From Candidatus Alcyoniella australis (GTDB taxonomy: Bacteria; Lernaellota; Lernaellaia; JAVCCG01; Alcyoniellaceae): a DNA stretch of 42,415 bases. The translations under genes and the position numbers were made by a program. The notes below the pieces were generated by a model. The model was not told the origin of the DNA. It worked only from the letters and a program-made list of their open reading frames with translations, and searched no databases. The DNA is taken from the NCBI GenBank assembly GCA_030765605.1, contig JAVCCG010000061.1, forward strand, positions 1 to 42,415. Reading direction: 5' to 3'. This document shows positions 6,658-15,389 of this stretch, in pieces (the first letter of the stretch is position 1; the number at the start of each line of letters is the position of its first letter).

Positions 6658-8172
6658 ATGTCCAAAGCGTTGCGCCTGTTAACGGTCCTGTTGTGCTTGC
6701 TGATCCCGCTGGCGTTGGTCGCCTGCGATCAGGGCGCCGATGACGACGACGACGACCAGACCGCGGATGACGACGACCTTGACGACGACGATTTGGACGA
6801 CGACGCGGACGACGACGACGATACGCAGGACCCCGACTGGGATTTCATTGTCGACGAACAGGGGCGCGCGCTGATCTTGCACGGCTGCAACTTCGACGGC
6901 GGGGCCAAGTGGAACGCGGGCCTGCCGCCCCAAGGGGTCGAGCAGACGCAGAGCCTGTTTGGCGATTGGGGCTTCAACTTCGCGCGCTACTTAATTTTCC
7001 GGGCCGAGATCGACCCCGAGCCCGGCGTCTACAACGAGGACTATCTGGGCCAGGTCGAGACGCGGCTGGACTGGCTGGAGCAGGCCGGCATCCGCGTGGT
7101 GCTCGACATGCACCAGGACGTCTGGGGACCGGAGTTCCACAGCGGCGGCTCCGACGGCGCGCCGCCCTGGGCCACGATCACCGACGGAGTGCCGCACATC
7201 CCCTTTGCCCAGCTCCTCGGCGCCTGGGCCCTGGACTACCTCTCGCCCGCGGTGATGCGCGCCTTTGACAACTTCTGGGACTACGAGCTGCACCCCGAGC
7301 TGCAGGACCTCTACGCCGCAATGTGGGTCCACGTGGTGCAGCGCTTCAAGGATCACCCCAGCGTACTGGGCTACGACCTGATCAACGAGCCGTGGGAAGG
7401 GACCGGGATCTACAACCAGGGGCGCTTTGACCGCACCAAGTATTTCGAGTTCAACCAGCGGATGATCGACGCGATCCGCAGCGCGGACCAGGAGGGCTGG
7501 ATCTTCTACGAGCCGCGCGCCTTTGGCCCCAACCAGGGACTGCCATCGCATTTGCCCGCACTGGACGATCCGCGTCCCGGCGCGCAACGCCTGGCCTACT
7601 TCCCGCACATGTACTCGATCCTGGTCGAGCTTGAAGGCGGCTACGACCCGCTGCGCGATCCGATCCTCGAGGACTGGCCGCGCAACCGCACGATCGAGAG
7701 CGAGCTGCAGCGTGCGCCGCTGCTGGCCGGCGAATGGTCGTTGCTCACCTGGCCCGACCTGGAAAACCGCCTGCTGTTCAACGATGCGGCCCTGCGGATG
7801 TTCGAAAGCGCGACCTCGGGCTGGGCCTATTGGGATTGCGGCTCGTTCGAGCGCTCGCCGCTTGAGCTGCAAGAGCTGATCGCCTCGCCCTTTCCTCGCG
7901 CCGTGGCCGGTTGGCCCCTGGAGTACGGCTACGACCAAAGCGCGCGCGAGCTGAGCTTGACCTTTGAGGCGCGCGACAATGTCGAGGGACCGACCGAGAT
8001 CTATCTGCCGCTAAGCCGCTGCTGCCCTGACGGCTACGCAATCGAGGTCAGCGGCGTGGCGGAAGATGGCTGGCACAGCGAGTTTAACGACGATTCCCAA
8101 CTGCTCAGCATCTGGATCGATGAGACTTTTACCGAGGCCACAATCAGTATTTTTGCCGCACAGCCGCAGTAG
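6658..8172 (+). CDS. Lipoprotein: glycoside hydrolase family 5 domain, with a poly-Asp linker after the lipobox
   Basis: MSKALRLLTVLLCLLIPLALVAC is a signal peptide plus lipobox. It is followed by DQGADDDDDDQTADDDDLDDDDLDDDADDDDD. GH5 blocks: VVLDMHQDVWGPEF and GYDLINEPWEG (the NEP acid/base motif). GGAGG sits 4 nt upstream of the ATG at 6658. The track ORF begins at 6484, but the upstream residues have no signal peptide or RBS. Confidence 0.7.
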   Translation: MSKALRLLTVLLCLLIPLALVACDQGADDDDDDQTADDDDLDDDDLDDDADDDDDTQDPDWDFIVDEQGRALILHGCNFDGGAKWNAGLPPQGVEQTQSLFGDWGFNFARYLIFRAEIDPEPGVYNEDYLGQVETRLDWLEQAGIRVVLDMHQDVWGPEFHSGGSDGAPPWATITDGVPHIPFAQLLGAWALDYLSPAVMRAFDNFWDYELHPELQDLYAAMWVHVVQRFKDHPSVLGYDLINEPWEGTGIYNQGRFDRTKYFEFNQRMIDAIRSADQEGWIFYEPRAFGPNQGLPSHLPALDDPRPGAQRLAYFPHMYSILVELEGGYDPLRDPILEDWPRNRTIESELQRAPLLAGEWSLLTWPDLENRLLFNDAALRMFESATSGWAYWDCGSFERSPLELQELIASPFPRAVAGWPLEYGYDQSARELSLTFEARDNVEGPTEIYLPLSRCCPDGYAIEVSGVAEDGWHSEFNDDSQLLSIWIDETFTEATISIFAAQPQ

Positions 8173-8335
8173 CCGCCAGCCCAGGGTTACAACAAGCCGG
8201 CTGGTGTTGCCCGCTGCCAGGGTGACAATCGATCGGCAAATCGGGCACACGGTTGAAGCTCGCTTGGGAAAATTGCCTTTTGATTGGCGCAGGCGTAGCC
8301 TCAGTTGTATACATATTTCATCAGAGGTGCACGCC

Positions 8336-10018
8336 GTGAGAAAACGCTTTTTCACGTTTACCGCCCTGGCCTTCTCAGTTATCTGTGTCATCGGCATCGT
8401 GGCGTTCTGCTCTTGCGGGACTGATGATGACGACGACGCGGACGACGATGACGACGATCTTGACGACGACGCGGACGACGATGACGACGACGGTTTCCCC
8501 TGCGTCTGGGACCAGGTACGAGCAGGACATTGGGTGCATGCGGTGAACTTGCCGTGGGACAACTATGGCACCGACTTCGGAGAAAGCGCCTGGGGCTATC
8601 GCGGATTGGCAAACCAGGGGCCTGCCGGATGGCGCTGCAAACACGACGACGACAGCCAAGGGTGTGCGAGTTTGGATTGGAACGACGGGAAGCTCGTGGT
8701 GAACTTGAGCTTGAATGCCTCAGATCAGCTCAGATCGAATGCAATAACTTACTATTGTTTTGAGGAATCGGCGGCTTTGCCCTCGGAGGGGACGATCGAC
8801 CTTCGCGGAAAAACAGTTGCCGCCCAGGCAAGCTTTCCTGCCGGAAGCCAGGGGCCCTCATCCGCTCCCAACGAAGTAGTCCTCTTTCTCCAGGACATCA
8901 ACTGGAATTGGGGACAGAGCGCGCCGCAGAACATCGTGCCGGGCGACATGACGTTGAGCGTCGTGCCCGACACCCTGCCGGATTTCGATGAGACGCAGGT
9001 CCGCTGCATCGGCATCAGCATGACTACCAACGACGAGGCGCCGGATGATTACACTTATGACGGCTCCTTCACCGTCGATTACGTGCAGTCGCCGCCCGAG
9101 ATAAACTTCCCCTACGACACCGCCCATACGCGCACAGAAGATGAACTGCTGGACATCGCGGGCCTCGGGGCCACGGCGACCCGCGTATGGCTTTTCGCCG
9201 ACGGCCGATCAGGACTGGCATTCGATCCGGCCAGCGGAGAGGTCAGCGGCCTTAATCAGTTTTTTAAAGATGATTTCGACGAACTGATACGTCTGGCTGA
9301 TTCAAGCCGGCTATATCTGATCGTCGTGCTGTTTGACTTCCTGATGGGCGGCTCGTCCCCGGTGGAGGAGCCGGGAATCTTCGGCCACGCGGACCTGATC
9401 ACCGACCCGGCCAAGCGCGATTCCCTGATCGGGAATGCGCTGATCCCGCTCTTTGAGGAGTACGGCGATCGGTGCGAAATATTGTCGTGGGAACTGATGA
9501 ATGAGCCCGAATGGCTGTTGATCAACGATCCCGACCACGTGACGATCCTCGCGGGAAAGAGGCCGTCCGAGATCGCCACCGGCGGCGCGGCCACCTTCGA
9601 CCAGATGACCGAGTTTTTCAACGCTGTTCTTGAGGCATACCAGACCGCCGTGCCCGGCGGGCAACAGCTTTTCACCGTGGGAAGCGCCAGCGAACAATGG
9701 GCCGATCAGTGGTACGAGGCGCTGAACATGGATCTCGGTCAATTCCATTTCTGGAACGGTCCCGCACAGATCGACGAAGGTCTGAGCTTCGATTTCACGC
9801 CGCCGATCGCCGGCGTGCCCAACATCATGGGCGAGTTCAGCTCAGAGGCCGATTGCTGCGAAATACTGGAATCCGCCCTTGAGCTGGATTACTCGGGAGC
9901 CTGGCCCTGGGCCTATCGATCCAAGGACGAATCGAGCTTCCGCATGCTGGGCGACGATTGCCGCGAGTGCATGCAGCAGTTTGCAGAGGAACATCCCGAA
10001 ACGGTTCGCTTCGAATAG
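8336..10018 (+). CDS. Lipoprotein: second glycoside hydrolase family 5 (mannanase-like) domain, with a poly-Asp linker
   Basis: GTG at 8336 is preceded by cAGAGG. The N-terminus (V)RKRFFTFTALAFSVICVIGIVAFCSCG is followed by TDDDDDADDDDDDLDDDADDDDDD. GH5 block: ILSWELMNEPEW. Confidence 0.6.
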   Translation: MRKRFFTFTALAFSVICVIGIVAFCSCGTDDDDDADDDDDDLDDDADDDDDDGFPCVWDQVRAGHWVHAVNLPWDNYGTDFGESAWGYRGLANQGPAGWRCKHDDDSQGCASLDWNDGKLVVNLSLNASDQLRSNAITYYCFEESAALPSEGTIDLRGKTVAAQASFPAGSQGPSSAPNEVVLFLQDINWNWGQSAPQNIVPGDMTLSVVPDTLPDFDETQVRCIGISMTTNDEAPDDYTYDGSFTVDYVQSPPEINFPYDTAHTRTEDELLDIAGLGATATRVWLFADGRSGLAFDPASGEVSGLNQFFKDDFDELIRLADSSRLYLIVVLFDFLMGGSSPVEEPGIFGHADLITDPAKRDSLIGNALIPLFEEYGDRCEILSWELMNEPEWLLINDPDHVTILAGKRPSEIATGGAATFDQMTEFFNAVLEAYQTAVPGGQQLFTVGSASEQWADQWYEALNMDLGQFHFWNGPAQIDEGLSFDFTPPIAGVPNIMGEFSSEADCCEILESALELDYSGAWPWAYRSKDESSFRMLGDDCRECMQQFAEEHPETVRFE

Positions 10019-10042
10019 CAACTCGTCGCGGACCCTCTGCCG

Positions 10043-10834
10043 CTACCCCAGGGTCACGTCCAGCACCATCATCACGATGAAGCCGATCATCACGCCGAAG
10101 GTCGCCTCTTTCTCAAACCCTTTGCGGTGCGACTCGGGGATAATCTCGTCCGAGACCACGAAGAGCATGGCGCCCGCTGCGAACGCCAGTCCCCAGGGCA
10201 AAATCGGCTGAGCCACGCTGACCAGGCCCGCGCCGAACAGTCCACCCACCGGCTCCACCAGCCCGGTGAGCAGCGCGATCCCCAACGCCTGAGCCTTGGT
10301 ATAGCGCTCGGTGAGCAGCGCCAGGGCCACCACCAAACCCTCGGGCATGTTCTGCAATCCAATGCCGATGGCCAGGCTGGTGCCGTTTTGCACATCGCCC
10401 CCGCCAAAGCCCACGCCCACGGCCAGTCCCTCGGGAAAGTTGTGCAGGGTGATGGCGATGATGAACAGCCAGACGCGGCGCAGGTTGCTGCGGTCCGCGC
10501 CCTCGGGCCCTTTGATGAAATGTTCGTGGGGTAAAAAGCGGTCGGCCAACCAGAGAAACACCGCGCCCAGGCCCATGCCGCAGGCCACGATCATCGCGCC
10601 GGACACGCCCGCGCCGCCGGCCTCGATGGCAGGGATGATCAGCGAGAATGAGGTAGCCGCGAGCATTACGCCCGCGCCGAATCCGAGCATCACGTCCTGG
10701 GTTCGCTGGGAAATCCCGCGGGTGAACAGCACGGGCAACGCACCCACGCCCGTGGCCAGACCCGCCAGCAGGCTCGCCATTGCGCCCAAAACCACGATCG
10801 GCATGTCGGATAGGCCCGCGATCATCTCCTGCAT
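10043..10834 (-). CDS. zupT: ZIP-family zinc transporter
   Basis: HNFPEGLAVG and QNMPEGLVVALAL are ZIP signature motifs. About eight TM helices. Length 263 aa, typical for ZupT. Confidence 0.85.
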   Translation of the reverse strand: MQEMIAGLSDMPIVVLGAMASLLAGLATGVGALPVLFTRGISQRTQDVMLGFGAGVMLAATSFSLIIPAIEAGGAGVSGAMIVACGMGLGAVFLWLADRFLPHEHFIKGPEGADRSNLRRVWLFIIAITLHNFPEGLAVGVGFGGGDVQNGTSLAIGIGLQNMPEGLVVALALLTERYTKAQALGIALLTGLVEPVGGLFGAGLVSVAQPILPWGLAFAAGAMLFVVSDEIIPESHRKGFEKEATFGVMIGFIVMMVLDVTLG

Positions 10835-10927
10835 AATTTCCCCTCTGCAAACCTGTCTATCGTATTAGGCCAATCGATGAAAGACGCGTCCCCGGTTCGA
10901 CTGAAGAATCCCTATTAATGATCCGCT

Positions 10928-11632
10928 TCAGCCGCCGAGGATTTGCGGGTTGAACGCCAGCACCACGCTGTTGCACAGCCCGTGGTAGAGGCCCGCGCCG
11001 AATACGCTGCCCGTGCGCTTGCGCATCCAGGCGAAGGCCAGTCCGGGCACAAAGGTGGCGACCGTGGCCGGGTTGAACGTGATCGCCAAATGCGCCAGGG
11101 CGAACAGCGCGGCGCTGAGCCAGACGTCCGGCCCGATCCGAACCCCGAGCAGCGTCGGCCCGCGATGGCCCCAACGCCGGGTCAGCGGGCTCTGAATCCA
11201 GCCGCGAAAAAAAATCTCCTCGGGCACGCCGATCACCAGGATCATCAGCGTCACACCTCGCACGTAACTCCAATCGAGACGCGCGGTCACGTGGTGATCC
11301 ATGATCAACCCGAACCAGACCACGTAGAGCACAACGAACAGCGGCAGCGTGGCCAGGGCGAACAGCAGCGAGACTTTCAGATCGTCGCGCCAACGATCGA
11401 GGCGCAGGCCGAAATCCTCCGGCCGTTGGCGGCAGAGGCGTATCAGCAGCAGCGGCAGATAGATCAGCAGCACGACCTTGCCCACCGCCGCCAAATCCGC
11501 GGTGATGCCCGGCAGGCGACGTGCCGCGTTGAGCGCTAAGAAGGCCACAATCAGCGCCGCCAGGCTGGCCAGTAGTTGCCGAATGGACGGCCGTAACGCG
11601 GCCTGTTGTTCGATGGAATGCTGTCGGGACAT
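10928..11632 (-). CDS. CPBP-family (CAAX protease-like) intramembrane metalloprotease
   Basis: EEIFFRG motif 1, FALAHL motif 2 and a HGLCN-like third motif. Multi-pass membrane protein. Confidence 0.75.
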   Translation of the reverse strand: MSRQHSIEQQAALRPSIRQLLASLAALIVAFLALNAARRLPGITADLAAVGKVVLLIYLPLLLIRLCRQRPEDFGLRLDRWRDDLKVSLLFALATLPLFVVLYVVWFGLIMDHHVTARLDWSYVRGVTLMILVIGVPEEIFFRGWIQSPLTRRWGHRGPTLLGVRIGPDVWLSAALFALAHLAITFNPATVATFVPGLAFAWMRKRTGSVFGAGLYHGLCNSVVLAFNPQILGG

Positions 11633-11726
11633 TGGATCGAGTCTAGCTGCTCAAATCGCGGCCAACAAGCGCTGCGTTTGCCGATGCTTGACTATCCCCC
11701 GAGCGTCTGACAGCCTCGATCGCGTT

Positions 11727-12902
11727 GTGAAATCGCTTAAGCCGATCCTAGTCCTGGCCTTGATTGCGACGCTTGTCAGCGTTGCGGCGGCGGCCGATCA
11801 GACCGCCGCGGAGCTGCAGCGCGAGGGCGTACGCGCGGCGCGGCAGGGCGATCCGCAGCTCGGCGCACAGCTGCTCGAGCGTTGCGTCGAACTCTACCCG
11901 GACTACCGCAACCTGGACTACGTGCTCTACAACCTGGGCGACGTCTACGAGAACGAACTGTTCGATTTCGTGCGCGCATGCGACATCTATAAAGAACTGA
12001 TCGAGCGCTTCCCCTCCAGCCGTTGGGCGCTGCGCGGCCGCAACCGCCTTGAGCAACTCGAGGAGAACGACCTGTACAGCGATTCCGAGCCGCTGGCCCT
12101 GCTCAAATCGATCCGCCGCGACTACCGCGACCTGGGACGCGATCGCGTGGTCGAGCAGTACCTGACCCTGCTGCACGATTTCCCGCTGTTCAGCAAGCGC
12201 GACGAGGCGCTGTTCGGCTTGGCCCAGGAATACGAGCTGCGCGCATTGCCCGAGGACGACGAGCGCGAGTACCTCAAGGCCCTCGAGATGTACCGCCGGC
12301 TGGTGGAGGAGAAGCCGGGCAGCGATTTGGCGTTTGTCGCGCTCAAGCAATCGGGCGACATCCTGCTCGAGCTCAACCGCTTTGACGAGGCGCGGCAGGA
12401 GTATGCGCGGATGGCGTCCTATCGCGGCGAGGACGGCGCGAACGCGGCGCGGTTCCTCTCGCTGGAGGTCGACAAGTACATACGATTGCGCAACCTGTAC
12501 TTGGTCTGCCTGGGATTAATCGCCGCCCTAAGCGCACTGCTGATCAAGCGCGTGCGTTGGTCGTCCCTTGGCCGCGACCGGGTGCTGCGCGCACTGATCG
12601 AGCCGGGCCTGCTGCTGCTGGCTTCCATCGGCGGGGCCTGGTACTTGCTCTATCACGACCGCCCCGTACGCTACCTGTTTTGCATGCTGTTGCTGATGCT
12701 CGGCTTCGCTGTCACACTATTTTGTAACGCGCTGTACATCGGCACACGCCGCCTGAGTGCTATGCAGATACTGTTTCAGGCAGTGGTGGTGATGTTACTT
12801 GTAACGGCAGTGATCTACGCGGTCTTTTATGGACTGGGACTGATGTCGATTACGATTCAGACTTTGCAGTCGCACTACTACATCATCAGCAGGGGAGGCT
12901 GA
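11727..12902 (+). CDS. TPR-like repeat protein with a signal peptide and a C-terminal multi-TM domain
   Basis: The track ORF starts at 11478 but overlaps the divergent CPBP gene. GTG at 11727 gives a signal-peptide-like start, VKSLKPILVLALIATLVSVAAAADQ. The protein is helical-repeat (TPR-like) with YPDY/YNLGDVY-type repeats. Four to five C-terminal TM helices. The start position is uncertain. Confidence 0.45.
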   Translation: MKSLKPILVLALIATLVSVAAAADQTAAELQREGVRAARQGDPQLGAQLLERCVELYPDYRNLDYVLYNLGDVYENELFDFVRACDIYKELIERFPSSRWALRGRNRLEQLEENDLYSDSEPLALLKSIRRDYRDLGRDRVVEQYLTLLHDFPLFSKRDEALFGLAQEYELRALPEDDEREYLKALEMYRRLVEEKPGSDLAFVALKQSGDILLELNRFDEARQEYARMASYRGEDGANAARFLSLEVDKYIRLRNLYLVCLGLIAALSALLIKRVRWSSLGRDRVLRALIEPGLLLLASIGGAWYLLYHDRPVRYLFCMLLLMLGFAVTLFCNALYIGTRRLSAMQILFQAVVVMLLVTAVIYAVFYGLGLMSITIQTLQSHYYIISRGG

Positions 12903-12904
12903 AA

Positions 12905-13138
12905 GTGAGCAGCGCCGATCCCTTCCAGATTCCGACTCCCGAGCCGGGCATGCGTGGTCGAATACTCAAAGTCAAGATCGGGGTCAATCCCAACTCGAGT
13001 TCCCTGGGAACCGATTTGCAGGTGATCCTCTTCGGCGCTACGGCCCTGGGCCTTCTGACCACCTTCCTCTCTACGGCAATCAGAATCTGGCGCAAGCCCA
13101 AAGTGCAGCCGGAAACGGGGAAGCAAGATGGAAAATGA
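12905..13138 (+). CDS. Small (77 aa) hypothetical protein with one C-terminal TM helix, immediately upstream of the radical SAM gene
   Basis: The GTG start at 12905 is 7 nt after a GGAGG. Its stop overlaps the radical SAM ATG (ATGA). The TM segment is LQVILFGATALGLLTTFLSTAIRIW. Coding status is unverified. Confidence 0.3.
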   Translation: MSSADPFQIPTPEPGMRGRILKVKIGVNPNSSSLGTDLQVILFGATALGLLTTFLSTAIRIWRKPKVQPETGKQDGK

Positions 13139-14309
13139 GCGCAAGATCATCCCCTACCGCTTCGAGCACTTCGGCGGCATTTTGCACCTGGAGCATCCCA
13201 GCTCGCTGATCTGGGTCGACAAGGACTACATGCGTTCGCTGGGTTTCGAACACTCGCCGCTGTGGGACATCGACCGGCCCTATCTCTGCGCTCCGACCGA
13301 GGTTCACCTGAGCGTCACCGGCCGCTGCTCAGCCGGCTGCGTGGGCTGCTACATGGACGCGCGGCCCGACTTCGAGGGCGATCTGGACCTCGAGCAAATG
13401 CGCAAGGTGATCGACACCCTGGCCGACATGCGCGTGTTCCATCTGGCAATGGGCGGCGGCGAGAGTTTCGAGTGCGAACACTTCATCGAGCTGGCACGCC
13501 ACGCGCGCCAACGCGGCATGGTGCCCAACGTCACCACCAACGGCATGCTGATCGACGAACACAACGCCGAACTCTCGCGGGTCTTCGGCCAGATCAACGT
13601 CAGCGTCGACGGCGTGGAGCAGGTCTTCACCAGCTGCCGCGGACACGATGGATTCGCCCGCGCCGACCGCGCCATCAACGCGCTGCGCCGCGCCGGCTGC
13701 AGGGTGGGCATCAACACCGTGGTCTCGCGCCGCAACTTCGACCACCTGGAACAACTGATCCGCTATGCCCACGACCAGCAGGTGCTCGAGGTCGAGCTGC
13801 TGCGCTTCAAGCCCGCGGGCCGCGGCTGCGACGTGTTCAACGACTTCGACCTCACGCCGCAACAGGCGCGGGATTTCTACCCGCTGATCACCTCCCTGGC
13901 CCGGCGCCACAACGTCTGGATCAAACTCGACTGCTCGTTCACGCCGCTGGTCTGCTATCACCAGCCCGATCCGGAACGGATGGACTTCTTTGCGGTCAAC
14001 GGCTGCGAGGCGGGCAACATGCTGATGGGCGTGCGCTCCGACGGCCAGGTCTCGGCTTGCAGCTTCTCCCAAAGCGAGCCGCACGATGTGCTCAAGATGA
14101 GCAGCTGGTGGAAAGACGCCGCCTCGTTCAGCGACTTCCGCCTATGGGACAAGGCCGCGGTGCCCGAGCCCTGCGCGAGCTGCCGCTATCTGCGAATCTG
14201 CCGCGGCGGTTGCCACCCGGTGGCCCAATTCGTCTACGGCGATTTTTCCATGCCCGACCCGGGATGCCCCACGGTTCAAGAGTATATGGGCAGCCCGATC
14301 ATCCACTAA
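13128..14309 (+). CDS. Radical SAM/SPASM-domain protein (peptide-modifying-type rSAM maturase candidate)
   Basis: CSAGCVGC (CxxxCxxC) at residue 66. The C-terminal SPASM pattern is GCEAG...ACSF...EPCASCRYLRICRGGCHPVA...DPGCP. A ~60-aa N-terminal extension (YRFEHFGGILHLEHPSSLIWVDKDY) is vaguely like an RiPP-recognition element (PqqD-like). Confidence 0.8.
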   Translation: MENERKIIPYRFEHFGGILHLEHPSSLIWVDKDYMRSLGFEHSPLWDIDRPYLCAPTEVHLSVTGRCSAGCVGCYMDARPDFEGDLDLEQMRKVIDTLADMRVFHLAMGGGESFECEHFIELARHARQRGMVPNVTTNGMLIDEHNAELSRVFGQINVSVDGVEQVFTSCRGHDGFARADRAINALRRAGCRVGINTVVSRRNFDHLEQLIRYAHDQQVLEVELLRFKPAGRGCDVFNDFDLTPQQARDFYPLITSLARRHNVWIKLDCSFTPLVCYHQPDPERMDFFAVNGCEAGNMLMGVRSDGQVSACSFSQSEPHDVLKMSSWWKDAASFSDFRLWDKAAVPEPCASCRYLRICRGGCHPVAQFVYGDFSMPDPGCPTVQEYMGSPIIH

Positions 14310-14447
14310 TTTGGGCAGCTTGGAGCTGCCACAAAACACGCGAGCAAACCAAGATCGTAGCTCAACGACCTTCTCCGCGACGGAAGATGCGGGAGGCTGG
14401 TAAAGATCAATATCTTTCTTCTTTACCTCACTATCCCCGCCCATGCC

Positions 14448-14476
14448 TTGACATTCGGCAATAAAGGGTTATTTTT
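14448..14476 (+). promoter_or_regulatory. Candidate sigma70-type promoter: TTGACA, 17-nt spacer, TATTTT. Upstream of the FmdB-family gene.
   Basis: Read from the sequence: ccTTGACAttcggcaataaagggttATTTTt. GAGAGGGA RBS before the ATG at 14502. Confidence 0.35.
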
Positions 14477-14501
14477 TCCCCGGTAAGTTTGAGAGGGAAC
14501 A

Positions 14502-14861
14502 ATGCCGATATACGAATACGAATGCCAACAATGCGGAAAGCTCAGCGAGCACTGGCAGAAGACCACTGACGGCCCGCCGGAAAATTGCCCCCATTGCCAG
14601 GGTGGACCTTTGCGTAAAATAGTCAGTCTCTCGACCTTCCATCTCAAGGGAACCGGCTGGTACGTGACCGACTACGCCCGGAAAAACGGTGATGCCAAGA
14701 ACGACGCGCCTTCGCCCAAGCCAAACGGCGAGCAGTCCTCGAGCGCGGCATCATCGTCCGATGAGAGCAAACCGGCCGAGTCCAAATCCGAGAGCAAGTC
14801 CGAGAGCAAGGCTGAGACCAAAGCCGAGTCCAAGCCCAACACGTCGACCACGGACGCTTAA
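14502..14861 (+). CDS. FmdB-family zinc-ribbon protein with a low-complexity Ser/Lys/Glu-rich tail
   Basis: MPIYEYECQQCG...CPHCQG is the canonical FmdB/CxxC_CxxC_SSSS N-terminus. The tail is ESKPAESKSESKSESKAETKAESKP. Confidence 0.75.
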   Translation: MPIYEYECQQCGKLSEHWQKTTDGPPENCPHCQGGPLRKIVSLSTFHLKGTGWYVTDYARKNGDAKNDAPSPKPNGEQSSSAASSSDESKPAESKSESKSESKAETKAESKPNTSTTDA

Positions 14862-14875
14862 CGCTCCCAACACGC

Positions 14876-14904
14876 TTTACACAAACCCATCCATTCGCTA
14901 ATTT
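14876..14904 (+). promoter_or_regulatory. Candidate sigma70-type promoter: TTTACA, 17 nt, TAATTT. Upstream of gcvH.
   Basis: gcTTTACAcaaacccatccattcgcTAATTTg. About 60 nt upstream of the gcvH AAGGAG RBS. The leader is too short for a glycine riboswitch. Confidence 0.3.
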
Positions 14905-14967
14905 GTTGCCGCCACCGGCATCCTTCTTATGCGTGGCGACCCAGGTAACTTATCAAGGAGTAATCCA

Positions 14968-15357
14968 ATGGAAGTGCGCGAGGGTCTCAAGTACACCAAA
15001 GAGCACGAGTGGACCAATTACGAGGACGGCTCGGTCAGTGTCGGGATCACCGATTTCGCCCAGGATCAATTGGGCGACGTGGTGTTCGTCGAGCTGCCCA
15101 AGGTCGGCGACAAGTTCGCGGCCAATGAGGCCTTCGGCGTGGTCGAAAGCGTCAAGGCCGTGTCCGACGTCTACCCGCCGATCGCCGGAGAGATCGTTGA
15201 GGTCAACGAGGCGTTGGCCGATGCTCCGGAGACCGTCAACTCCGATCCCTACGGCGAAGGCTGGATGGTCAAGATCAAGCCCGACGACCCGGCCGAGCTC
15301 GACGCGCTGATGGACGCTGCGGCCTACGCCAGCTTCTGCGCCGAGGAACAGGGTTGA
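14968..15357 (+). CDS. gcvH: Glycine cleavage system H protein
   Basis: [15 protein letters not shown]...[13 protein letters not shown] contains the lipoyl-lysine block ESVKA. AAGGAG is 7 nt upstream of the ATG at 14968. The track ORF starts earlier at 14929. Confidence 0.9.
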   Translation: MEVREGLKYTKEHEWTNYEDGSVSVGITDFAQDQLGDVVFVELPKVGDKFAANEAFGVVESVKAVSDVYPPIAGEIVEVNEALADAPETVNSDPYGEGWMVKIKPDDPAELDALMDAAAYASFCAEEQG

Positions 15358-15389
15358 TCCAAGTCATCTAAATTCGAGAGCTGCCCACG

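Noticed and set aside
13262-14464. 400-aa ORF in an alternative plus frame, overlapping the radical SAM gene. There are many similar long antisense or overlapping ORFs, for example 20362..23112, 16998..17885, 10113..10850, 5626..6462, 36900..38450, 26642..27766.
   Set aside because: Their translations are Arg/Pro/Gly/Ala-rich low-complexity strings with no motifs. They lie entirely within well-supported genes. Long spurious ORFs are expected in 65% GC DNA.
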